This document shows positions 7,702 through 17,541 of a DNA stretch of 34,574 bases, piece after piece. The position numbers were made by a program, and so were the translations under genes. Position 1 is the first letter of the stretch; every line of letters starts with the position of its first letter. The stretch is from assembly GCA_903908025.1 (NCBI GenBank), contig CAIVQM010000017.1, positions 1 to 34,574 of the forward strand, given 5' to 3'. The stretch comes from an uncultured bacterium. Its GTDB lineage: Bacteria; Actinomycetota; Actinomycetes; S36-B12. A model generated the notes under the pieces. The model made no database searches, was not told the origin of the DNA, and was given only the letters and a program-made list of their open reading frames with translations.

Positions 7702-8208
7702 GTGGGGATGCCACCGGAGGCTGAACTCGAGATCTTCACGTACGAGGATTTCGGCGTTGGTGTTCGCTGGCTGGCTGAGCAGCTCGTCGACCGCAACTGG
7801 ATCCCTGACGCGATCCTTGGAGTTGTCCGCGGCGGACTGTTCGTATCGACCGGTATCGCCTACGCGCTCGACATCAAGGATGTTCGCCACGTGAACGTCG
7901 AGTTCTACACCGACGCCGGCGAGACCCTGCCCGAGCCTGTTCTGATCGGCCAGGCGCCGCATCTCGCCGACCTCGGCGGCAAGCGCGTGCTCGTAGCCGA
8001 CGATGTCGCGGACACCGGAGCGACCTTGCAGTTCGTGCGAGCGATGCTGCCGGACGACGCGATCGTCCACGTCGCGGTGCTCTACGAGAAGCCGCACACG
8101 ACCTACGCGCCCGATCTCGCTTGGCGGTCCACGGACAAGTGGATCCGGTTCCCGTGGATCCAGGTGCCGCCCGTGCGTATCGCAGCGGCTGGTCGCTCCT
8201 CCGTATAG
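7702..8208 (+). CDS. Phosphoribosyltransferase family protein (purine PRT-like)
   Basis: 168 aa with the PRPP-binding loop KRVLVADDVADTGATL. Start is GTG 7702 or ATG 7708. Confidence 0.75.
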   Translation: MGMPPEAELEIFTYEDFGVGVRWLAEQLVDRNWIPDAILGVVRGGLFVSTGIAYALDIKDVRHVNVEFYTDAGETLPEPVLIGQAPHLADLGGKRVLVADDVADTGATLQFVRAMLPDDAIVHVAVLYEKPHTTYAPDLAWRSTDKWIRFPWIQVPPVRIAAAGRSSV

Positions 8209-8254
8209 GCAGCTACCTCTGGTGCAAAACGCGTTTCGGACCTAGCCTCCGACC

Positions 8255-8944
8255 ATGGCGCAGGCTCTGGTCCTCTCACCACGGCGGTTTCCTGCCGTCG
8301 TGATAGTCCCGGCCGCGGTGCTTGTCCTCGCTGGCTGGGTGGTGCTGGCCCTGGCGCGAGATCATGCGTCGGCGTCCACCTTCACGGCCATGTGGCTTGC
8401 GATGTCAGTGGCGATGATGATCCCTACAGTGGCCCGTCCGCTACTGAAGGCGGCCGAGGGCTCCGTTGGTCGGGCACTGGGATTTGTGAGCGGTTTCGTC
8501 CTCATCTGGGCGATCGCCGGCATTCCGTCCTTCGTCGTCATGAATGCGGTCGCGTGGACGACCGGCTGGATCGCTGCCATGTGGATCGCAGCCGGCGCGT
8601 ACCAGTTGACGCCGCTCATGCAGCGCCATGTCATCACCTGCCGCTCGATCCGCTTCGATGATGATCCGTTGCGTTACGGCTTGCGCCAGGGACTGCGCTG
8701 TGTGGCGTCATGCTGGCCGGTCATGATGGCCGTGATGCTCACGGCGATGGCGCTGCCGGGAACGGCTCTGCCGCTGCTCGCCTTGGTCGGCGTCACCGTG
8801 CTGTTGTGCTGGGAGAAGCGGCCGCAGACCACGACACGCTCCCTTGCTGCGGTCGGCATGGCCATGCTCCTCATAGCAACCGGCGGAGTCGTGCTGTTCG
8901 GCGGCGGCACCGTCCATCACTCAATGGGCTCGTCCAAGTCATAG
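8255..8944 (+). CDS. Multi-pass membrane protein, DUF2182-like (predicted metal-binding integral membrane protein)
   Basis: 229 aa with about 6 hydrophobic helices. The pattern GAYQLTPLMQRHVITCRS ... GLRCVASCWPVMM ... CWEK matches my memory of the DUF2182 Cys-containing signature. This was not verified by search. Confidence 0.55.
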   Translation: MAQALVLSPRRFPAVVIVPAAVLVLAGWVVLALARDHASASTFTAMWLAMSVAMMIPTVARPLLKAAEGSVGRALGFVSGFVLIWAIAGIPSFVVMNAVAWTTGWIAAMWIAAGAYQLTPLMQRHVITCRSIRFDDDPLRYGLRQGLRCVASCWPVMMAVMLTAMALPGTALPLLALVGVTVLLCWEKRPQTTTRSLAAVGMAMLLIATGGVVLFGGGTVHHSMGSSKS

Positions 8945-9459
8945 CCCCGCGCGATGTCGCCGACCTCGACCAGCGTGATGTCCGTTCGTTCGCGAAGAAA
9001 GCCTCGGGCTCCTTGGTCGCCTTGGGCATGCTCGCGGATCCCGTTCCAGTGCTTGCGGGTGAAGAGAACCGGGTGGCCGCGCTCGCCCTCGTAGGTCGCA
9101 ATAACGATGTCATCTGGGCACGCCACGACCCGGCGCACGGCATCTGCGGTGAGGCCCGGCAGGTCAACGAGGGTGATCGCGACGCGCTCCACTTCCGTCC
9201 TGTGCTCGAGCGCCGTCAGTCCAACGCGCAGCGACGATCCCATCCCCTCGGCCCAGTCGGCGTTCAGCGCCACTTCCGCGTCGGGCACGTCGCCGACCCA
9301 GGCACCAAGAACGACGACGACGGGATCACAGCCGACTTCCCTCAGCAGCCGAACCGCTCGGTCGACAAGGCGCTCCCCGTCCAAGACAACGGGTGCCTTC
9401 GGCTGGCCGTAACGGCTGCCCGCACCAGCAGCAAGGACAAGACCGGCGATGCCACTCAC
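8917..9459 (-). CDS. mocA: Molybdenum cofactor cytidylyltransferase (MobA-like NTP transferase)
   Basis: 180 aa. The N-terminal LVLAAGAGSRYG nucleotide-binding signature is that of the MobA/MocA family. Its GTG start overlaps the xdhC stop (GTGA). The context is an MCD-dependent CO dehydrogenase. Confidence 0.75.
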   Translation of the reverse strand: MSGIAGLVLAAGAGSRYGQPKAPVVLDGERLVDRAVRLLREVGCDPVVVVLGAWVGDVPDAEVALNADWAEGMGSSLRVGLTALEHRTEVERVAITLVDLPGLTADAVRRVVACPDDIVIATYEGERGHPVLFTRKHWNGIREHAQGDQGARGFLRERTDITLVEVGDIARGYDLDEPIE

Positions 9460-10562
9460 CGTGGCGCGCCCGGGTGGATCGGCCCGTCAGTGCCGGCCAA
9501 GTGTCGGCCGCTGCCTCCCCACCGTGCCTGGATGATCTCCGCGGCGATCGAGATCGCGGTCTCCTCGGGTGTCCGTGAGCCGAGGTCGAGCCCGATCGGT
9601 GAGTGCAGGCGGGATAGTTCGTCATCCGTGAGCCCCGCCTCCTTGAGGCGCGCGAGTCGATCCTCGTGCGTACGACGTGAGCCCATCGCACCCACGTAGC
9701 CCGCGTTTGTTCGCAGCGCCACGGTGAGCGCTGGGACATCGAACTTCGGATCATGCGTCAGCACGGCGATGACAGTGCGCTGGTCGACGTGCTGCTTCTC
9801 GAGCCAGCGATGAGGCCAGTCGACGACCACCTCGTCGGCCTCGGGGAAGCGCTTGCGCGTTGCGAAGACAGGCCGAGCATCGCAGAGGGTCACGCGGAAG
9901 CCGAGGAGTTTCCCGACCCGGACGAGCGCGGCCGAGAAGTCAATGGCGCCGAAAACGAACATCTGCGGTGGAGGCGCGTAGCTGGCAACAAAGACGTCGA
10001 GGCCCTCACCGAGACGTTCTCCCTCGGGGCCGTAGTGCAGGAATCCAGTGGTTCCCGAGGCGAGCATGCCGATGACGTCCTCGCGCACGGTGTCATCGAG
10101 ACGCTCGGTGCCCAGCGTTCCCTCGGCGTGATCGGGTCTGACCACGAGGTGGCGTCCTACGAAATGCGGACCGTGCACGATCGTCGCGATGGCAACCGGC
10201 TCCTCTGCCGCGAGGGATGCGGCGATGCCAGCCAGTTCCGGCCACGTCTGGTCATCGACCCGTTCGACAAATACTTCGAGGATGCCGCCGCAGGTGAGCC
10301 CAACGGCGAACGCATCGTCGTCGCTGACCCCGTAGGTCTCGAAGCGGGCCTGGCCGTCCGCGAGCACTTCCTGGCCCACCTCGAACAGTGCGCCTTCGAC
10401 GCAGCCCCCGCTGACGGAACCCACGGCCTCGCCTGCATCGGTCACGAGCATCGACGCGCCGGCCGGACGTGGAGCGGAGCGCCACGTTCGCACAACGGTT
10501 GCCATCGCTGCGCTTCCGCCTCGCTCTCGGATGGCGATCAGCTCCGCGAGAACCTCACGCAT
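9456..10562 (-). CDS. XdhC/CoxI family molybdoenzyme maturation chaperone
   Basis: N-terminal XdhC_CoxI-like region (AMATVVRTWRSAPRPAGASMLV) plus a Rossmann-like XdhC_C region (MFVFGAIDFSAALVRVGKLLGFRVTLCDAR). The track ORF extends to 10733, but ATG 10562 (MREVLAEL...) avoids overlap with moaE and fits the family length. Confidence 0.8.
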   Translation of the reverse strand: MREVLAELIAIRERGGSAAMATVVRTWRSAPRPAGASMLVTDAGEAVGSVSGGCVEGALFEVGQEVLADGQARFETYGVSDDDAFAVGLTCGGILEVFVERVDDQTWPELAGIAASLAAEEPVAIATIVHGPHFVGRHLVVRPDHAEGTLGTERLDDTVREDVIGMLASGTTGFLHYGPEGERLGEGLDVFVASYAPPPQMFVFGAIDFSAALVRVGKLLGFRVTLCDARPVFATRKRFPEADEVVVDWPHRWLEKQHVDQRTVIAVLTHDPKFDVPALTVALRTNAGYVGAMGSRRTHEDRLARLKEAGLTDDELSRLHSPIGLDLGSRTPEETAISIAAEIIQARWGGSGRHLAGTDGPIHPGAPR

Positions 10563-10623
10563 GCGGGCTCCCTCCCTGACAGTTCCGCAGGCCCGTTCGG
10601 GCCAAGGGGTCAATAATGGCCCG

Positions 10624-11046
10624 ATGGGCGACATCCGGCTGGTCGAAGTGAGCGATGCGCCCCTAGACGCGGCCGAGATCGAGCGGCTGGTTTCCGATGA
10701 TCGGGCGGGTGCTGTGGTCTCCTTCAGTGGCAACGTCCGCGATCACGATCACGGCCGGACCGTAGCCACACTGACGTATGAGGCGCACCCGTCTGCTGCG
10801 GCGGTCTTGAGGGAAGTCGCTCAGGAGATCGATACCCGCTTCGACCTCGTCGCCCTCGCGGTGGCGCATCGGGTGGGTCCGCTGGCGATCGGCGACGCGG
10901 CACTGGTGGCGGTTGTCGCGTCAGCGCACAGGGACGAGGCGTTCCGTGCGTGCGCCGCCCTGGTCGACCTGACCAAGGAGCGACTGCCCGTGTGGAAGCA
11001 CCAGGTGTTCGTGGACGGCACCGACGAGTGGGTGAACTGCGCATGA
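10624..11046 (+). CDS. moaE: Molybdopterin synthase catalytic subunit
   Basis: About 140 aa counted from ATG 10624 (MGDIRLVEVSDAPLD...). MoaE-like segments are GAVVSFSGNVRDHD and PVWKHQ. The stop overlaps the moaA start (ATGA). Confidence 0.85.
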   Translation: MGDIRLVEVSDAPLDAAEIERLVSDDRAGAVVSFSGNVRDHDHGRTVATLTYEAHPSAAAVLREVAQEIDTRFDLVALAVAHRVGPLAIGDAALVAVVASAHRDEAFRACAALVDLTKERLPVWKHQVFVDGTDEWVNCA

Positions 11047-12047
11047 GTGACACGCTCATCGACACGTTCGGGCGAGTGCACCGGGATCTGCGCGTGTCCG
11101 TCACCGACCGCTGCAACCTTCGCTGCACCTACTGCATGCCGCCGGACTTCTCCGACTGGATGCCCGGTGATCATCTCCTCAGCATCGATGAGTTGATGAC
11201 GGTGATCTCTGTGGCGGTCGAGCATGGGATCACGAGCATCCGGTTGACCGGTGGCGAGCCGCTCGTCCGACCTGACATCGTGGAGATCGTGGCGCGCATC
11301 AACGCGCTGCCGATGCCGCCTCGCATCACCCTGACGACCAATGCCCTTCGCCTCGCCGATCTTGCGCAGCCCCTTGCGGATGCTGGCCTCGAGCGGGTGA
11401 ATGTCAGCCTTGACACTCTTGATCGCGAACGGTTTGCGCGTCTGACGTTCCGCGACCGGTTCACTGACGTTCTCGCCGGGGTTGAGGCGGCGCTCGCGGC
11501 CGGCCTGCATCCTGTCAAGGTCAACACGGTCCTCATGCGCGGCATCAATGACGATGAGGCCGTTCCCATGCTGCGCCATGCTGTCGCGAATGGCTGGCAC
11601 CTGCGCTTCATCGAGCAGATGCCCCTTGATGCCCAAGGGTCATGGGAGCGCGGCGAAATGGTGACGGCTGCTGAGATCCATAACCTGCTGGAAGAGGTAT
11701 TCACCCTCACACCCATTCCCGGACGGGGATCGGCACCTGCTGAGGAATTCCTGGTCGACGACGGCCCCGCGACGGTGGGCATCATCGCCAGTGTCAGCAA
11801 GCCCTTCTGCTCAGCCTGCGACCGCCTTCGCCTGACGGCCGACGGTCAGATCCGCAACTGCCTGTTCGCTCGCGAGGAGACCGATGTGCGGGCGACGCTT
11901 CGCGACCCCTCCTTGACGGAGGTACAGCGACGACAGCGGATCGCCAGCTTGTTCGCGGCATCGACGTTGGCAAAGCTGCCGGGCCATGGGATCAACGACC
12001 CGTCCTTCGTCCAGCCCGACCGCCCGATGAGCGCGATCGGCGGTTAG
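11043..12047 (+). CDS. moaA: GTP 3',8-cyclase (radical SAM)
   Basis: Carries the CNLRCTYCMP radical-SAM cluster motif, a second C-terminal cluster region (CSACDRLRLTADG) and the C-terminal Gly-Gly typical of MoaA. ATG 11043. Confidence 0.92.
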   Translation: MSDTLIDTFGRVHRDLRVSVTDRCNLRCTYCMPPDFSDWMPGDHLLSIDELMTVISVAVEHGITSIRLTGGEPLVRPDIVEIVARINALPMPPRITLTTNALRLADLAQPLADAGLERVNVSLDTLDRERFARLTFRDRFTDVLAGVEAALAAGLHPVKVNTVLMRGINDDEAVPMLRHAVANGWHLRFIEQMPLDAQGSWERGEMVTAAEIHNLLEEVFTLTPIPGRGSAPAEEFLVDDGPATVGIIASVSKPFCSACDRLRLTADGQIRNCLFAREETDVRATLRDPSLTEVQRRQRIASLFAASTLAKLPGHGINDPSFVQPDRPMSAIGG

Positions 12048-12052
12048 GCCAG

Positions 12053-12577
12053 ATGGCTGTCCTGGTTGTTGTTGGCCCTCCGGCGGTCGGCAAGAGCACG
12101 GTGACGCGACTGCTTGCCAACGCACTGACGCCGTCGATACGTGTCGATGTCGACTACATCCGAGATGGGATGGTCGTGAACGGCGCGGTGCTTCCCCATG
12201 AAACATGGTCAAGTGCCCTTGTTGCACAACTCGCTGCCGCTCGCGCATCGGCGTGCGGAATCGCCCGCGCATACTCAGCGATCGGTTTCGACGTCGTAAT
12301 CGATGACTTCTACGACCCGCACAGCCGTCTCGAGGAGTACGCCGCGATCGACGACCTGAGGCCTCGCCGGGTCATTCTGGTCCCCGAGCGTGCCGTTGCT
12401 CAGGAGCGCAGCCGAGCGCGCGACGATGCGGCCGCTGCATTCATCGCTGCGGGAATCGACGAGGTGTACGCGCTCCTGCCGTCGGCGGAAGCCCTGGCGG
12501 CGGATGGCTGGGCGGTACTGGACACCTCGGATCTGACGGCGGAGCAGACACGGGACGTGCTTCTCGGCAGTACGTAG
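12053..12577 (+). CDS. P-loop NTPase / small-molecule kinase-like protein
   Basis: 174 aa with Walker A GPPAVGKST at the extreme N-terminus. Size and layout resemble AAA_33 / zeta-toxin-like kinases. Lies 5 nt downstream of moaA. Confidence 0.55.
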   Translation: MAVLVVVGPPAVGKSTVTRLLANALTPSIRVDVDYIRDGMVVNGAVLPHETWSSALVAQLAAARASACGIARAYSAIGFDVVIDDFYDPHSRLEEYAAIDDLRPRRVILVPERAVAQERSRARDDAAAAFIAAGIDEVYALLPSAEALAADGWAVLDTSDLTAEQTRDVLLGST

Positions 12578-12581
12578 GGGA

Positions 12582-12827
12582 TCAGCCGCCGGCGAACGGG
12601 GGCAGTACATCGACGCGGCTTCCCGACGCAATGTCGACATCACCGTGCGCGCTCACCCCATCGATCAGGTAACTGCAGCGCGGACGCACGGCGGTGAATG
12701 CCGGATGCTCCGACTCGATCTGGTTGAGGATGGCGGAGAGCGACCCTGCTGGCATGGACAAAACGGATGCTGAGACGGCCGCCCGGGCGGCCGCGAAGAG
12801 GTGAATCTCCACCGTGGTAGCTGCCAT
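12582..12827 (-). CDS. moaD: Molybdopterin synthase sulfur-carrier subunit (MoaD/ThiS family)
   Basis: 81 aa of ubiquitin-like size, ending in PPFAGG (C-terminal Gly-Gly). Confidence 0.8.
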   Translation of the reverse strand: MAATTVEIHLFAAARAAVSASVLSMPAGSLSAILNQIESEHPAFTAVRPRCSYLIDGVSAHGDVDIASGSRVDVLPPFAGG

Positions 12828-12981
12828 CCGTCGAGCCTATGCCGCGTCCGGTGAGTCCACCACCGCCGGTAATTGATTTCCCCTCGCGCATGCGTTCAGA
12901 CGGGTCTATGGTGACGCGCATCACGAACTTCGGTTCCCAGTTTCGCACCGAGTGAGCTGGCGCCCCTGTCCCGGAGGATCA

Positions 12982-13620
12982 ATGGAACTCGGGAATTCAT
13001 TTGTCGTGCCAGCCGATATCGACACGGCGTGGAAGACGCTCCTGGACGTGGAAGCCATCGCACCCTGCATGCCGGGAGCAAAACTCACCTCATTCGACGG
13101 CGACAACTTCACGGCCGACGTAAAGGTCAAGCTGGGCCCTGTGACGATGAACTTCGCCGGTGCCGGCAAATTCGTCGAGAAGGACGAGGCCAACCACAAG
13201 GCCGTCATTGACGCCACGGGCAAGGAGACCAAGGGAGCCGGCTCGGCGGCGGCCCTCATCACTGCGGTCCTAGTCGCGGAAGGCCCCAACAGCACGCGCG
13301 CGAACATCATCACTGATCTGACCGTCACCGGGAAGGCTGCACAGTTCGGCCGTGGTGTGATGGCGGATGTCTCCAAGCGGCTTATCGACCAGTTCGCCGG
13401 AAACCTTGAGCAGGTCATCGTCTCTCGGCAAGGCGTGGCGACGGCTGCGGCTGCGGGCGGCGAGCCGGTGGCAGCACCCCCTGCACCTGCACCCGTGCTC
13501 AACAACGATGCCCTCGACCTCGGCAATGCCGCGCTGGTTCCGGTCCTGAAGCGTGTTGTCCCCATCGTCATCGGCATTGCTGTCGTTGTCGGCGTCATCA
13601 TCTGGATCGCGAACCGCTAA
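12982..13620 (+). CDS. coxG: CoxG-like SRPBCC protein with Ala/Pro linker and C-terminal TM anchor
   Basis: ATG 12982 (MELGNSFVVPADIDTAWKTLLDVE...), preceded by ggagga. SRPBCC/CoxG-like core, then AAAGGEPVAAPPAPAP, then the hydrophobic tail VVPIVIGIAVVVGVIIWIA. Confidence 0.75.
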   Translation: MELGNSFVVPADIDTAWKTLLDVEAIAPCMPGAKLTSFDGDNFTADVKVKLGPVTMNFAGAGKFVEKDEANHKAVIDATGKETKGAGSAAALITAVLVAEGPNSTRANIITDLTVTGKAAQFGRGVMADVSKRLIDQFAGNLEQVIVSRQGVATAAAAGGEPVAAPPAPAPVLNNDALDLGNAALVPVLKRVVPIVIGIAVVVGVIIWIANR

Positions 13621-13697
13621 GCCGTCCGTCTCTGTGCATCGCCCAGTTCCACCCGTCAGATCCCCCGCACCATTCGCCGAGAGATAAGGGGTCACAG

Positions 13698-14567
13698 ATG
13701 CAAACACCCGCAGCTGTCGACTATGTCAGGGCCACTTCGGTAGCCAATGCCATCGCCCTGCTGAATGAGCATGGTGAGGACGCCCGGTTGCTGGCTGGTG
13801 GACACAGCCTGCTTCCGATGATGAAGCTGAGACTTGCCAGGCCCGACATCCTCATCGACATCAATGATCTCGACGAGTTGCGCGGAATCCGAGTGGAGGG
13901 CGACGAGCTGGTGCTCGGCGCAATGGTCACCCACGCCGAGGTGCTCTCATCGCCGATACTTGCCGAGCACTACGCGATCTTCCGCGAGGCTGAGAAGGTC
14001 ATCGCCGATCCCATCGTCCGCAATAAGGGCACCGTCGGCGGATCCATGTGTCAGGCCGACCCGTCTGAGGATCTCTCGGCCGTGGGCGCGGCACTCAAGG
14101 GCTCTGTGGTGATCCAGAACGCGACCGGGACGCGCACCGTGCCGCTTCGCGAGTTCCACGAGGGACCGTATGAGACGAAGGTCGCGGACGGCGAGATCCT
14201 TACCGAGGTGCGATTCCCCATTCGACCAAGAGCCGGGAGTGCATACGAGAAGGTCGAACGTCGGGTGGGTGACTGGCCCGTGTGCTCCGCGGGGGCGTAC
14301 GTGGTCGTCTCCGGTGGAGTTGTAACCGACGTCGGCATCGGCCTGACGGCCGTTGGGGCCGAGCATTTCTGCGCGCCGGAGGCGGAGGCCTTCCTGATCG
14401 GCAAGGCGCCGAGCGAGGAGAACTTGGCTGCTGCCGCCCAGTTGGCCGCTGACTCCTGCTCGCCCAACGCAGACCAGCGTGGCCCTGCCGACTACAAGCA
14501 GCATCTCGCCATGGAATTGACACTTCGTGCGCTTCGTCGCGCGGCCGCCTCGAGCCAGGGAGCCTGA
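13698..14567 (+). CDS. coxM: CO dehydrogenase medium (FAD-binding) subunit
   Basis: 289 aa with an FAD-binding molybdopterin-dehydrogenase domain (LLAGGHSLLPMMKLR). It is the first gene of an M-S-L arrangement. Confidence 0.85.
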   Translation: MQTPAAVDYVRATSVANAIALLNEHGEDARLLAGGHSLLPMMKLRLARPDILIDINDLDELRGIRVEGDELVLGAMVTHAEVLSSPILAEHYAIFREAEKVIADPIVRNKGTVGGSMCQADPSEDLSAVGAALKGSVVIQNATGTRTVPLREFHEGPYETKVADGEILTEVRFPIRPRAGSAYEKVERRVGDWPVCSAGAYVVVSGGVVTDVGIGLTAVGAEHFCAPEAEAFLIGKAPSEENLAAAAQLAADSCSPNADQRGPADYKQHLAMELTLRALRRAAASSQGA

Positions 14568-14568
14568 C

Positions 14569-15048
14569 ATGGAGATCACGATCACGATCAACGGCGAGCA
14601 GGTGACTCGCGACGTTGAGCCGCGCACCCTGCTCGTCCATTTCATTCGCGAGGACGCGGGGCTGCGAGGCACACATTGGGGATGCGACACGTCGAACTGC
14701 GGAACCTGCACCATCTGGGTCGACGAGAAGCCGGTCAAGAGCTGCACGATGCTCGCGGCACAGGCAGACGGACATTCGGTCACGACGGTCGAGGGACTGG
14801 AGAAGGGCGGCGTGCTGGATCCGATCCAGCAGGGCTTCATCGAGTGCCACGGCCTGCAGTGCGGATTCTGCACTGCAGGAATGATGCTGACCGGACGAGC
14901 ACTGCTCGACGAGAACCCGCACCCTTCAGATGACGAGATCCGCGAGGCAATCTCCGGCCAGATCTGCCGGTGCACCGGTTACAAGAACATCGTCAAGGCG
15001 ATCCAGTGGGCCGCCGACAACCCCGCCACAAGTGAGGTGACCGCATGA
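14569..15048 (+). CDS. coxS: CO dehydrogenase small ([2Fe-2S]) subunit
   Basis: ATG 14569 (MEITITINGEQV). Two cluster motifs: CDTSNCGTC and CGFCTAG...CRCTGY. The stop overlaps the coxL start (ATGA). Confidence 0.9.
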   Translation: MEITITINGEQVTRDVEPRTLLVHFIREDAGLRGTHWGCDTSNCGTCTIWVDEKPVKSCTMLAAQADGHSVTTVEGLEKGGVLDPIQQGFIECHGLQCGFCTAGMMLTGRALLDENPHPSDDEIREAISGQICRCTGYKNIVKAIQWAADNPATSEVTA

Positions 15049-17492
15049 CCGCTGTTGACGAGGCGCCGCTGAGCGCCGCAGGAAACCCGATCGGGTTCGG
15101 CTCGATGAAGCGTGTTGAGGATCAGCGCTTCGTGCGCGGGCAAGGCAACTACGTCGATGACGTGAACCTGCCGGGCATGCTGCACAGTGCGATTCTGCGC
15201 AGCCCGTTTGCGCATGCGCGCATTGTCTCCATCGACACCTCGGCAGCCGAGGCGCTACCGGGCGTGGTGGCCGTCATCACGGGGAAGATCCTTGAGGGCA
15301 TCCCGCGACCGTCGCTTCTTGGAGACAACTTCGCCTGGATGCCCACGCTGTCCTACGACACGCAGGCAGTTCTGGCCACGGACAAGGTTCGTTTCCAGGG
15401 CCAGGAGGTCGCATTCGTCATCGCGGAAAGCCGCTACATCGCAAAGGATGCACTCGAGCTCATCGATGTGGAGTATGAGCCCCTTGAGCCGGTCATGGAT
15501 GCCAAGAAGGCACTGGATGCCGATGCACCCATCATCCGTGATGACAAGGGACAGACGGACAACCGCATCACCGACGTCCACGGCAACCAGACCTGGGAGT
15601 CAGGTAACAAGGAGGCGACTGAGGCGGCTTTTGTGGCTGCAGCGGCGGATCCGAACTGCGTGATCGTCGAGGAGGACATCCTTTACCCGCGGGTGCACCC
15701 GGCACCGATGGAGACCTGCGGTTCGGTGGCGTACCTCGACAAGGTGACCGGGCAGCTGACTCTCTACACGACAAGCCAAGCGCCGCACGCTCACCGCACG
15801 GTCTACGCGATGGTCGCGGGGCTCCCTGAGCAGAAGATCCGCGTCATCAGCCCGGACATCGGTGGCGGCTTCGGCAACAAGGTCGGCGTCTACCCCGGCT
15901 ATGTCCTCTCGGTCATCGGCACCATCGTCACCGGAAAGCCGGTGAAGTGGATGGAGGACCGCAGCGAGAACCTGATGTCGACGTCGTTCGCGCGGGATTA
16001 CCACATGAAGGCGAAGATCGCGGCGACCAAGGACGGCAAGATCCTGGCTGTCGATGTGTATGTGCTTGCTGACCACGGCGCATTCAACGGAGTGGCCCAG
16101 CCGACGAACTTCCCGGCTGGATTCTTCAACATTTTCTCCGGTTCGTACGACTACCCGAACGCACATTGTCTGGTGGAGCCCGTCTACACCAACAAGGCGC
16201 CGGGTGGTGTCGCGTACGCGTGCTCCTTCCGCATCACGGAGGCCGCCTACGTCATCGAACGGCTCGTCGACTGCCTCGCGCAGGAACTCGAGATGGATCC
16301 GGCTGACCTGCGGCTGAAGAACCTGATCAAGCCGGAGCAGTTCCCGTACACCTCTCCTACCGGTTGGGAGTACGACTCCGGCCAGTACGAGAAGACGATG
16401 CGCGTGGCCATGGATATCGCCGGCTACGACGAGCTTCGCCGTGAGCAGGCGGAGAAGCGTGCCAAGGGTGAGTACATGGGCATCGGCATCTCGTTCTTCA
16501 CAGAGGGAGTCGGGGCCGGACCACGCAGGACGATGGACATCCTCGGTCTGGGAATGGCCGACGGCATCGAGCTGCGAGTGCATCCCACCGGCAAGGCGGT
16601 GCTGCGACTCTCAGTGCAGAGCCAGGGCCAGGGTCATGAGACGACGTTCGCGCAGATCGTCTCGCACGAGCTCGGCATTCCGCCGGAGGACATCGATGTC
16701 GTCCACGGCGACACCGACCAGACGCCGTTCGGCCTGGGCACCTACGGTTCGCGGTCGACGCCAGTGTCGGGTGCGGCCGCCTCGGTAGTCGCGAAGAAGG
16801 TTCGCGACCGCGCTCGGATCGTCGCAGCTGCGGCCCTCGAGTGCTCGCCGGACGATCTTGAGTGGGAGCTCGGCCGATGGTTCGTCAAGGGTGACAAGGA
16901 ACGCGGCAAGACGATCCAGGAGATCGCACTGCTGTCGCATAGCTCCCTGGAGTTGCCTGAGGGCGTTGAGGGACACCTCGACGCGACGGCGGTCTACAAC
17001 CCGCCGAACCTCACGTACCCGTATGGCTGCTACATCTGCGTCGTCGACGTGGATCCCGGCACCGGGCAGGTCAAGGTCCGTCGCTTCATCGCCGTCGACG
17101 ACTGCGGTGTGCGGATCAACCCGATGATCGTCGAGGGTCAGGTGCACGGCGGCCTGGCAGATGGCGTCGGCATGGCCCTGATGGAGCTCATCGCATTCGA
17201 CGAGGACGGCAACAACCTCGGCGGGTCCTTCATGGACTACTTGCTGCCAACGGCAGTCGAGTGCCCCGATTGGGAGTTGGGCGAGACGGTCACGCCGTCA
17301 CCGCATCACCCGATCGGTGCCAAGGGTGTCGGGGAGTCGGCCACCGTGGGTTCACCCGCGGCGGTCGTCAACGCGGTCATCGATGCGATCAGCCCATTCG
17401 GGGTGAGGCACGCTGATATGCCGCTGACGCCGGCGAATGTGTGGCGGGCCATTCAGGGTCGCAACGTCCGCACGGACATGGCTGTCGAGTAG
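15045..17492 (+). CDS. coxL: Form I aerobic CO dehydrogenase large (Mo-Cu, molybdopterin) subunit
   Basis: 815 aa of the aldehyde oxidase/xanthine dehydrogenase molybdopterin-binding family. Contains the form-I active-site loop AYxCSFR as VAYACSFR (16212-16232). Gene order coxM-S-L is characteristic of form I. Confidence 0.85.
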   Translation: MTAVDEAPLSAAGNPIGFGSMKRVEDQRFVRGQGNYVDDVNLPGMLHSAILRSPFAHARIVSIDTSAAEALPGVVAVITGKILEGIPRPSLLGDNFAWMPTLSYDTQAVLATDKVRFQGQEVAFVIAESRYIAKDALELIDVEYEPLEPVMDAKKALDADAPIIRDDKGQTDNRITDVHGNQTWESGNKEATEAAFVAAAADPNCVIVEEDILYPRVHPAPMETCGSVAYLDKVTGQLTLYTTSQAPHAHRTVYAMVAGLPEQKIRVISPDIGGGFGNKVGVYPGYVLSVIGTIVTGKPVKWMEDRSENLMSTSFARDYHMKAKIAATKDGKILAVDVYVLADHGAFNGVAQPTNFPAGFFNIFSGSYDYPNAHCLVEPVYTNKAPGGVAYACSFRITEAAYVIERLVDCLAQELEMDPADLRLKNLIKPEQFPYTSPTGWEYDSGQYEKTMRVAMDIAGYDELRREQAEKRAKGEYMGIGISFFTEGVGAGPRRTMDILGLGMADGIELRVHPTGKAVLRLSVQSQGQGHETTFAQIVSHELGIPPEDIDVVHGDTDQTPFGLGTYGSRSTPVSGAAASVVAKKVRDRARIVAAAALECSPDDLEWELGRWFVKGDKERGKTIQEIALLSHSSLELPEGVEGHLDATAVYNPPNLTYPYGCYICVVDVDPGTGQVKVRRFIAVDDCGVRINPMIVEGQVHGGLADGVGMALMELIAFDEDGNNLGGSFMDYLLPTAVECPDWELGETVTPSPHHPIGAKGVGESATVGSPAAVVNAVIDAISPFGVRHADMPLTPANVWRAIQGRNVRTDMAVE

Positions 17493-17541
17493 TCCGCTTG
17501 CGGGGGTTCTCCTCGCGATCAGAAGAGGAGACACTGGCGTC

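Noticed and set aside
9456-10733. Long N-terminal extensions in track ORFs: xdhC to 10733, moaE from 10531, moaA from 10950, coxG from 12952, coxS from 14527, XdhC-YHS from 17437, moaB from 20789, hutI to 28606
   Set aside because: The extensions overlap neighbouring genes, are Arg/Pro/Ser-rich, and precede internal starts that give family-typical N-termini and ATGA/GTGA coupling. I used the trimmed starts.
12828-12981. Possible Moco riboswitch or other leader in the moaD/coxG divergent spacer
   Set aside because: I read both strands and could not recognise the conserved Moco-motif core. The cccggagga segment is better explained as the coxG ribosome-binding site. A covariance-model search (Moco_RNA_motif) would be needed to settle this.
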